Of a stretch of 46,856 nt of DNA, positions 1 to 5,516 are shown piece after piece; position 1 is the first letter of the stretch; each line of letters begins with the position of its first letter. The notes under the pieces are model-generated. The model was not told where the DNA came from. It saw only the letters and a list, made by a program, of their open reading frames with translations, and made no database searches. Position numbers and translations under genes: made by a program. Source of the stretch: Microvenator sp. (lineage in GTDB: Bacteria; Myxococcota_A; Bradymonadia; Bradymonadales; Bradymonadaceae); NCBI GenBank assembly GCA_041554035.1, contig JBFFMO010000001.1:1-46856 (forward strand), in the 5' to 3' direction.

Positions 1-133
1 TAATGGTAAATTAGATATAATGCAACAAAATTCTATTGCAAATAATGCAATCAAATTTTTCTTGTATTCTATTGCGTTTAGGGGATATAGTGATTTTAGA
101 GTTGTAAATATTGCAACAGGGGGTAATGCGAAA
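1..133. promoter_or_regulatory. Divergent promoter/operator region of the lysogeny switch
   Basis: With 46684-46715 this forms a 165-bp AT-rich spacer between divergent HTH genes (46426..46683 minus, 134..373 plus). Two 17-bp imperfect palindromes: ATTGCAA-ATA-ATGCAAT (35-51) and GTTGTAA-ATA-TTGCAAC (101-117). Extra TGCAA/TTGCA half-sites, direct repeat ATTCTATTGC (30-39, 66-75), TATAAT (16-21), TTGTAT-N18-TATAGT (62-91). Confidence 0.5.
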
Positions 134-141
134 ATGTCGAA
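1..141. repeat. Exact 141-bp terminal redundancy (copy 1), most simply the overlap of a circular assembly
   Basis: Bases 1-141 match 46716-46856 base for base. The repeat ends 8 nt into the 134..373 CDS, so it cuts a gene rather than bounding an element. Confidence 0.9.
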
Positions 142-373
142 AAGGGAGCCTGTAGTTGAGGAATCTATACAGTTTGGAGCCAATTTGCGGCACCTAAGAA
201 AGACCATAGGTTTGACGCAGCGCGAACTCGGTAGCCGCACCGGAGTTGTATATTCCTCTATATGCCTGTATGAAGCGGGTAAGATGAACCCGACATTGCG
301 TAACATGGTGCTGCTCTGTAAGTTTTTCAACATCTCATTGTCGCGGATGATCAGTGAAGATTTGTCCAAGTAA
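134..373 (+). CDS. XRE/cI-Cro family helix-turn-helix regulator (79 aa), candidate repressor
   Basis: HTH signature LTQRELGSRTGVVYSSICLYEAGK. ATG at 134 preceded by GGGGG. The ORF-track start at 20 lies inside the operator region and is unlikely. Confidence 0.8.
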   Translation: MSKREPVVEESIQFGANLRHLRKTIGLTQRELGSRTGVVYSSICLYEAGKMNPTLRNMVLLCKFFNISLSRMISEDLSK

Positions 374-602
374 TCCATAACCACCATTGTATTTCGCACC
401 CTCGCTCCCGTCACTTCCCTGAACGGCCCTTAAAGGACCATGATCGAATGAAACGCTTGCCGCACAGCCCACGGAGACACAAAACCCCGTTACTGGGTTT
501 TTGGTACTGGCATCCCGGTAACGGAAAGCCGGTTATCACTTGCCCCAGTCGCCCCACACGGATAGTCTACTCCAATCTTTGCACGCGAAAGGGCGTACAA
601 CA

Positions 603-869
603 GTGGGGCGACAGGTTGATCTCATCCCCTATATCTCGCGCCGCCTACTGCGGTTGCGGCAAGCCAAAGATTGGACGCAAGATCACCTTGCGGAGTATTC
701 CGGTGTCAGCCAGCAATCAATATCGGAATATGAAAGACTTGCCAGACCAGCGCAACTCACTGCAATCCTGCGCATCTGCGACGCTCTTGATATTACGGCT
801 GTTTCGTTGTTTGAAATGGCGACCGAAGATATGGAGCGAGCCAGGGGGGGCACTCTCGGAGAGTCCTAA
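603..869 (+). CDS. Second XRE-family HTH regulator (start uncertain: TTG 540, TTG 579 or GTG 603)
   Basis: WTQDHLAEYSGVSQQSISEYERLARPAQLTAILRICDALDI is a typical XRE HTH. GTG 603 has AAAGGG about 10 nt upstream. Confidence 0.6.
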   Translation: MGRQVDLIPYISRRLLRLRQAKDWTQDHLAEYSGVSQQSISEYERLARPAQLTAILRICDALDITAVSLFEMATEDMERARGGTLGES

Positions 870-979
870 GGTTTCACTGTCCATCACCAACACCAACACA
901 ACAACTCTATGTTTTACTGCGCAAATTGTTCCACTACGAAACACCGCAAGGGCTGTGCCACAAGAAGCCACTGCCCGCG

Positions 980-1038
980 CTATAGGGAATAACCCTATAG
1001 GTGTTACTATTGACGATTACTTTGTTTTCTGTTATCGT
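980..1038 (+). promoter_or_regulatory. 21-bp inverted repeat abutting a sigma70-like promoter
   Basis: CTATAGGG-AATAA-CCCTATAG (980-1000), followed by TTGACG (1010-1015), a 17-nt spacer and TATCGT (1033-1038), upstream of the 1070 gene. Confidence 0.35.
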
Positions 1039-1069
1039 GCGCCACTATTTCACGAAAGGAATTACCCCA

Positions 1070-1372
1070 ATGACTTCAGACAAGTATGAGCCAGTACCAT
1101 GCCCCGAGTGCGGCAACGCCAACAGCACGCACGCCTATATGTGCCCACAGTGCGGGAGACCGCTCAAGGAAGCCGACTCTGCAATTTGGCGCATATTGCA
1201 AATGTTTAACATTCTCGGAATCTGCCTCTGCATTTTCGCAGCCATAGCGTCTGGCGGTGGTGACGCGGTAATTATCTCGTTATTTTGGGCGTTGTTGGCT
1301 CTCAGCGCATCACTCGCCGTTCTTTGCGCGATCAGGAAGCCATTGAAAATATTAAGCAGCCCCAAGCAATAG
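1070..1372 (+). CDS. Zinc-ribbon membrane protein (100 aa)
   Basis: CPECG...CPQCG zinc ribbon followed by two hydrophobic helices (ILGICLCIFAAIA, IISLFWALLALSASLAVLCAI). ATG 1070 preceded by GAAAGGAA. Confidence 0.65.
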   Translation: MTSDKYEPVPCPECGNANSTHAYMCPQCGRPLKEADSAIWRILQMFNILGICLCIFAAIASGGGDAVIISLFWALLALSASLAVLCAIRKPLKILSSPKQ

Positions 1373-1441
1373 CACTGTGGTTGTTTCTCGTACGTCAGCA
1401 TGGGCACAAGGCCCGTCATCAAACTGCCGGGAGTCAAGATA

Positions 1442-2581
1442 ATGGCTAAAGACAAGAACGCTCTACCATCACGCTTCAAAGGTAAGGGGAAGCGCCATGG
1501 CCGTGGCATCATACGGGAAACCACTTGCGGCACCTTTGTGGCTGAATTCTGCTACAAAGGAAAGCAAGTACGAAGAGCATTCAAACGCCGCGAACAGGCA
1601 AAAGAATGGCTCCACCAAGCGGAAATAATGGCCTTGAATAGACTGAGTCCACTGAATGCCGTTGAAGAGTTCGACGCAAAAGAGGCGCTGGCCCTCCTGC
1701 CAGACGGTGTAAAACTGTGCGATGCCGTAAACCACTGGCTGGCCCGCAATCCACAACACGACAAAAGCTTGTTACTTGACGAGGCAATAGACAGGTTCCT
1801 GAAAGACAAACAAGACGCCAACCTGAGCCCGGTGTCGCTTAGAAATTTACGGCAAACACTGAACAACATCGACGCCTTTTTTCCCGATCGTTCGCTGGTC
1901 AGCATTACTGCCGACGACCTGTTGAGATGGATGGACGAGCGAGGTTATCAAGCAACCAACCGCGCCAACCGCCGCAGGATTTTGAGCAACTTTTTCGGCT
2001 GGTGCATAAAACGTGGCTACACGTCTATCAACCCGGTCGACGGGATCACTGTGCCGAGGGTAGAAGAAAAATTGCCCGAGGTGTTTACGGTCGACCAAGT
2101 CCGGGATACTATGAAGGCAGCGCAAGAGGTATCGCCCGAACTGGTGGCCTACTTTGCAATAGGATTTTTTGCAGGTATACGTCCCACAGAATTGACCAGG
2201 CTCGAATGGGAAAGCATAACCGACACACATATCCACGTCGGGGGGAAAGTCGCCAAAATACGCAAACAGCGTTACGTGGAAATTTTGCCCAACCTGAAGG
2301 AGTGGCTGGCTACGTGTAAGTCCAAAAAAGGACGAATCGCTCCCCTGACGCCAACAGAACTACGCAACAGAGTGCGCAAGGTGCGCGATGCGATCGGGCT
2401 TAAGAAGTGGCCCAAAGACATAACGCGCCATTCATTTGCCACGTACCATCTGGCAAAATTCCAAGATGCCCCACGAACATCGCTTGAACTTGGGCACCTG
2501 AAACCGGACACGCTGTACAATCATTATCGGGCTCTCGCCACCAAAAACGACGGGATCGAGTTTTTCCAGATAATTCCATGA
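1442..2581 (+). CDS. int: Tyrosine recombinase / phage integrase
   Basis: Catalytic signature AGIRPTEL, ITRHSFATYH and GHLKPDTLYNHY (R...H-x-x-R...H...Y). Lies directly upstream of the tRNA-like attP core. ATG 1442 has GGGAG upstream; the ORF-track ATG 1400 has no RBS. Confidence 0.9.
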   Translation: MAKDKNALPSRFKGKGKRHGRGIIRETTCGTFVAEFCYKGKQVRRAFKRREQAKEWLHQAEIMALNRLSPLNAVEEFDAKEALALLPDGVKLCDAVNHWLARNPQHDKSLLLDEAIDRFLKDKQDANLSPVSLRNLRQTLNNIDAFFPDRSLVSITADDLLRWMDERGYQATNRANRRRILSNFFGWCIKRGYTSINPVDGITVPRVEEKLPEVFTVDQVRDTMKAAQEVSPELVAYFAIGFFAGIRPTELTRLEWESITDTHIHVGGKVAKIRKQRYVEILPNLKEWLATCKSKKGRIAPLTPTELRNRVRKVRDAIGLKKWPKDITRHSFATYHLAKFQDAPRTSLELGHLKPDTLYNHYRALATKNDGIEFFQIIP

Positions 2582-2641
2582 AATAGCCTGTTTTTAGTAC
2601 ATACGGACATAAGTCTTTTAGAATCAACAATCGCCTAACCT

Positions 2642-2686
2642 CTGATAAGCGTGAGGTCGGTGGTTCGAGTCCACCTAGGCCCACCA
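2642..2686 (+). other. attP core: 3' half of a tRNA-Ile(GAU) gene (not a functional tRNA)
   Basis: Anticodon loop CTGATAA, 3' anticodon stem GCGTG, variable AGGTC, T-arm GGTGG-TTCGAGT-CCACC, acceptor TAGGCCC, then A and CCA. No 5' partner: upstream AACCT cannot pair with GCGTG, and no GGGCCTA occurs within 90 nt. Confidence 0.8.
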
Positions 2687-2704
2687 CTAAAAAAGATTCT
2701 GAAA

Positions 2705-2737
2705 CCCCAACAAAACGCGATTTTGTTGGGGTTTTTT
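2705..2737 (+). terminator. Rho-independent terminator
   Basis: Perfect 11-bp stem CCCCAACAAAA / TTTTGTTGGGG, 5-nt loop CGCGA, then TTTTTT. Confidence 0.8.
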
Positions 2738-2778
2738 CATGTCTTGCGGCTTTTTCTGGCTCTTTCCCGTTTTCCAGT

Positions 2779-2818
2779 TAGTGTTCAGTAGTGTTCAATA
2801 ATGTGCATTAGTGTGTGT
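2779..2818. repeat. Array A: four contiguous 10-bp repeats, consensus TAGTGTTC
   Basis: TAGTGTTCAG / TAGTGTTCAA / TAATGTGCAT / TAGTGTGTGT, exact 10-bp phasing. About 95 bp 3' of the attP core and about 60 bp 5' of the cassette promoter. Confidence 0.8.
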
Positions 2819-2875
2819 TTTTTTAGTACATTCTTAGTACTCCTTTAATTCTTTTAATTTTTTTGATTTTTTATA

Positions 2876-2903
2876 TTGACAAGGCGTTTTTTAGTGGTAT
2901 GCT
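2876..2903 (+). promoter_or_regulatory. Sigma70-like promoter of the accessory cassette
   Basis: TTGACA (2876-2881), 16-nt spacer, TATGCT (2898-2903). T/A-rich tract upstream (CTTTAATTCTTTTAATTTTTTTGATTTTTT). Confidence 0.5.
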
Positions 2904-2966
2904 TAAACCCGAGTCGAGGGACAAGAGATTCAACCCCTCGTAAAAACAAAAAGGAGACTCGAAAAA

Positions 2967-3437
2967 ATGACCAGCACAGCAACCAACAAAAAAATCAAAT
3001 CACTCAAGCCGCTTTTAAATACATATCTGGCCACCAGTAAAGAAGCGAAAAAATGGGGCGCAATTATTCGGGCGTTTACTGTCGCGGAATTAAATCGTGT
3101 CGAGTATATGCTCTCGGAAGAATGGGCGGACGACGAAAGGCTTGCAAAACGCATAACTGACCCGAAACTCACATATCTCATGAGTGAAACCGATATAGAG
3201 TTATTCTCTGCGGAACAGCGCGCATACGTTGAAACATTGGGGCTCGAATGGTTGCCGGAAGGGAATTGCCCTGCTTTGTACACTGAAAACGAACAAAGAA
3301 AAGCGGCCCGCGCTATGCTTATCGCGACTGGCAAGGCCTTGGGACTCGACCTTTCGCCCGAAAGCGTTATGATTCTCGGGCCGGAAAAATATCAAGAAAC
3401 CATCGCTTCGGTCGTTGGGTTGATTCAAAACGCATAA
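2967..3437 (+). CDS. Hypothetical protein, accessory cassette gene 1 (156 aa)
   Basis: AAGGAG RBS 10 nt upstream of the ATG. No motif recognised. Confidence 0.7.
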   Translation: MTSTATNKKIKSLKPLLNTYLATSKEAKKWGAIIRAFTVAELNRVEYMLSEEWADDERLAKRITDPKLTYLMSETDIELFSAEQRAYVETLGLEWLPEGNCPALYTENEQRKAARAMLIATGKALGLDLSPESVMILGPEKYQETIASVVGLIQNA

Positions 3438-3454
3438 ATGGGGCAAGACCACCG

Positions 3455-3472
3455 GGGCGGCTTCGGTCGCCC
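3455..3472 (+). terminator. UUCG-tetraloop hairpin between cassette genes 1 and 2 (attenuator or stabiliser; weak U-tract)
   Basis: GGGCGGC-TTCG-GTCGCCC (7-bp stem with one G-T pair), followed by TCTAATATCT. Confidence 0.3.
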
Positions 3473-3501
3473 TCTAATATCTCACAAAAAGGAGAGTAAA
3501 A

Positions 3502-3834
3502 ATGATCAACTACAGAGGCAACGAAAACGGTAGAATCAGAATCGAAGCAGACAGCGTGCAAGAGTTTGTCGAACGCTATCAGCCGGACGGATGCACCACC
3601 TGCAACTACGACGAAGAAACCGGCTTCATCGCATTCGAAAACGAGCACGTCAAAATCTACCCCGTGCGCGTTGGTGCAAGCGGACTCGGACCCGGAACAA
3701 TAAGATGGCAATGGTTCGACGAACGCAGACCCGATTGCTCCGAATCTGCCGACCCAAAAGCCAGACGCGCACGCAAAGGCTTCACGCAAGCGACCGCGCA
3801 AAAAGCATGGGATTTCGCACGGGGGAATAAATAA
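3502..3834 (+). CDS. Hypothetical protein, accessory cassette gene 2 (110 aa)
   Basis: Strong RBS AAAGGAGAG upstream. Basic C-terminal tail. No family recognised. Confidence 0.7.
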   Translation: MINYRGNENGRIRIEADSVQEFVERYQPDGCTTCNYDEETGFIAFENEHVKIYPVRVGASGLGPGTIRWQWFDERRPDCSESADPKARRARKGFTQATAQKAWDFARGNK

Positions 3835-3835
3835 A

Positions 3836-4030
3836 ATGGCTAAAGCAGGACGACCAAAAGCAGAGACCAAAAAGACCTTCAAGACAATCGGGGTGACCAG
3901 CGAACTGCTCGACAAGTTCGACCGCATAAGTGTCCAGGTACAGGCCAAGCGGGGGCAGATATACAAACGCCCGGAACTACTGGAACTCGCGCTGGATGCT
4001 TTGGCGGAGAGGGAGGGGGTTGAGTTATGA
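3836..4030 (+). CDS. Putative ribbon-helix-helix (CopG/Arc/omega-like) DNA-binding protein (64 aa)
   Basis: Basic N-tail (AGRPKAETKK), predicted beta-strand KTIGVT, then two helices (SELLDKFDRIS, RPELLELALDALAERE). Starts 1 nt after the gene-2 stop and overlaps gene 4 by ATGA. Confidence 0.55.
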   Translation: MAKAGRPKAETKKTFKTIGVTSELLDKFDRISVQVQAKRGQIYKRPELLELALDALAEREGVEL

Positions 4031-4440
4031 AGACACCAGGGAGCAGCACCATAGAAGGGCTTCGCTCACCCATCTCTGTCATGGAGTTTGTGGGCAGGAA
4101 TATCTATAAAAATGGGTCGTGGCGCATGACCGACATTGAAGAGGTTCTTGATGTCATTGAGAAAATGGTACACGACTTCTTTCATAAAGCAGGGCCACCC
4201 ATTAAACGAGACCGGCTGTGCATAATCACGTCGCCCAGCATGTGGGAGTTGATTAAAGTCAAAGCCGTAGATAGTAATGGAAGGCCAATTTGTCTACAAC
4301 ATGATGAATCATTCAGGGGGATTGCCGTAATTTGTGACAAACGATTCATAGTCCCCGGCGGCGGGCGATTGTCGTTGGTGCTTTGCGAAAAAAAAGGTCA
4401 CGACTTCTTGTTAGAGAATTCCGCCGGGGTTCTTTACTGA
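4027..4440 (+). CDS. Hypothetical protein, accessory cassette gene 4 (137 aa); possible HK97-fold capsid-like fragment
   Basis: ATGA-coupled to the RHH gene. IITSPSMWELIKVKAVDSNGRP...FRGIAVICDKRFIVPGG recalls the nP-x-x-W...kD-x-x-Gr...l-G-x-PV pattern of HK97-family capsid C-termini (from memory, not searched). Confidence 0.6.
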   Translation: MKTPGSSTIEGLRSPISVMEFVGRNIYKNGSWRMTDIEEVLDVIEKMVHDFFHKAGPPIKRDRLCIITSPSMWELIKVKAVDSNGRPICLQHDESFRGIAVICDKRFIVPGGGRLSLVLCEKKGHDFLLENSAGVLY

Positions 4441-4910
4441 GGCCAGCACAGCCGCCCAGACCTAAGCGTTTCCGCAATACGCCCGGCACGTTCGGGCGTT
4501 TGCTCTTTCGCCCACCGGCTGTCAAGTGCCTCGGTCGCCGCCTCTGACCAGTTCCGAGCGTCCACCGCTGCGCACATCCTCCGGAAACCCGCCACGCCCC
4601 CCCGCCCGAGTTGAAAGATCATCGAGAGCAGAGCGATCCGGCGCGGGATGTTGATCCCGTCCGGGGAGAACAACAGCCGGAAGTCCTGCTTGATTTGCGC
4701 GATCTCGGTTTCGTGGACGGCGTAGATGCGAAGCAGGGGCCACTGGTCGCCAACCTGGTACTTCTCGCACTCCGCCTTGCTCAAGAGGTGGCCGATCCCG
4801 ACCGTGGGAAACTCAAGCGAATCGAGATAAACCCGCTCCCGCAGCCCCTCTTCGGCCAGTAGATGCGCCCGCAGGTTCCCTTCAAAAACACCTTCTGACA
4901 TCTCGCTCAT
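4434..4910 (-). CDS. Endolysin, GH24 (T4-type) lysozyme
   Basis: AEEGLRERVYLDSLEFPTVGIGH has the T4-lysozyme catalytic spacing E-9-D-6-T. No N-terminal hydrophobic segment. ATGA-coupled to the upstream lipoprotein gene. Confidence 0.85.
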   Translation of the reverse strand: MSEMSEGVFEGNLRAHLLAEEGLRERVYLDSLEFPTVGIGHLLSKAECEKYQVGDQWPLLRIYAVHETEIAQIKQDFRLLFSPDGINIPRRIALLSMIFQLGRGGVAGFRRMCAAVDARNWSEAATEALDSRWAKEQTPERAGRIAETLRSGRLCWPQ

Positions 4911-5203
4911 GGTTGTATCCCCTTTCCTTGAGCAGCCAAGCGGGCGATCAGAGCCACCAGGTCGGCTTGCGCCTTAGCGTTCTCTTCGGTCGACCGGGTG
5001 ACTTTCAGGCGGTTCAGGGTGTTGGTTCCTTCGTCGAGCCACTCGTATTCGATATCGAAGCCGCTCTCGCGTGAGACAAAAGCCGCCCCGCGCTCGTGTA
5101 TCCGTCCGGCAACTGTACCGTCAGGGCGCAGGGCCTCGGCTGTAAAGGATGTGCAGCCGCTCGCGGCGAGGGCCAGCAGGACTATCGAGATGGCTTTTCG
5201 CAT
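4907..5203 (-). CDS. Lipoprotein (98 aa)
   Basis: MRKAISIVLLALAASGC is a signal peptide with lipobox LAASG-C. AGGA RBS. The ORF-track N-terminal extension to 5464 is Arg/Pro-rich out-of-context sequence. Confidence 0.65.
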   Translation of the reverse strand: MRKAISIVLLALAASGCTSFTAEALRPDGTVAGRIHERGAAFVSRESGFDIEYEWLDEGTNTLNRLKVTRSTEENAKAQADLVALIARLAAQGKGIQP

Positions 5204-5502
5204 TGATTGTTTTCCTGTCCGTAGTGAGACGCTCCGAAGATGCGGACGGCGCGATAGTATGCTCTGGCCCGCCACCAGGCGCGGATGCGTCCGATCCCGC
5301 CTTCGCGCAGGGTTTGGTAGAGGTGCTTGCGAAAGTCGATGTCGGCCTGTTTGCGGGAGATGCGAGCCTCGGCGTAGTTGCGGTCGTGGAAGTAGCAGCA
5401 TTGGCCGATATAAACACCACAGAGGCTGTCGGGTACGACGCAGGAAAATCCTTTTCCGCCGCACCAGTCGACCCTGGTATCAAAGGGAGGGAATGTCGTC
5501 AT
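5182..5502 (-). CDS. DUF1353-like protein with a CC-x2-HD-x2-Y motif (106 aa)
   Basis: CCYFHDRNY...SRKQADIDF...AYYRAVRIFG matches the HD-x2-Y...R-x2-AD-x2-F...AVR-x-FG pattern recalled for DUF1353. AAAGGAG RBS. Confidence 0.6.
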   Translation of the reverse strand: MTTFPPFDTRVDWCGGKGFSCVVPDSLCGVYIGQCCYFHDRNYAEARISRKQADIDFRKHLYQTLREGGIGRIRAWWRARAYYRAVRIFGASHYGQENNQCEKPSR

Positions 5503-5516
5503 GGCTGCGCTCCTTT

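Noticed and set aside
20-133. Longer 117-aa version of the first HTH gene
   Set aside because: The extra 38 codons lie in the AT-rich operator/promoter spacer and encode low-complexity sequence. ATG 134 has a G-rich RBS.
1-141. Biological direct terminal repeat or LTR-like element boundary
   Set aside because: The repeat ends inside a coding sequence and begins in the middle of an operator region. The head genes are lambda-like (cos-type). Assembly overlap of a circle is the simpler reading, although read-level data are needed to be certain.
481-503. Terminator between the two plus-strand HTH genes
   Set aside because: The AAAACCC-cgttact-GGGTTTT stem has only three G-C pairs, and its U-tract is part of the stem. 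It is too weak to call from sequence alone.
448-1089. 213-aa plus-strand ORF
   Set aside because: It overlaps the clearly HTH-encoding frame (540/603..869) out of frame. It has no RBS and an odd composition, and it would span the palindrome/promoter region.
2560-2690. Complete tRNA gene downstream of the integrase
   Set aside because: Only the 3' half, from the anticodon loop to CCA, is present. No 5' acceptor strand (GGGCCTA), no D-arm, and no 5' anticodon-stem partner for GCGTG is present upstream.
4907-5464. 185-aa version of the lipoprotein ORF
   Set aside because: The upstream 87 codons overlap the DUF1353-like gene in another frame and are Arg/Pro-rich. The internal Met at 5203 gives a canonical signal peptide and lipobox with an RBS.
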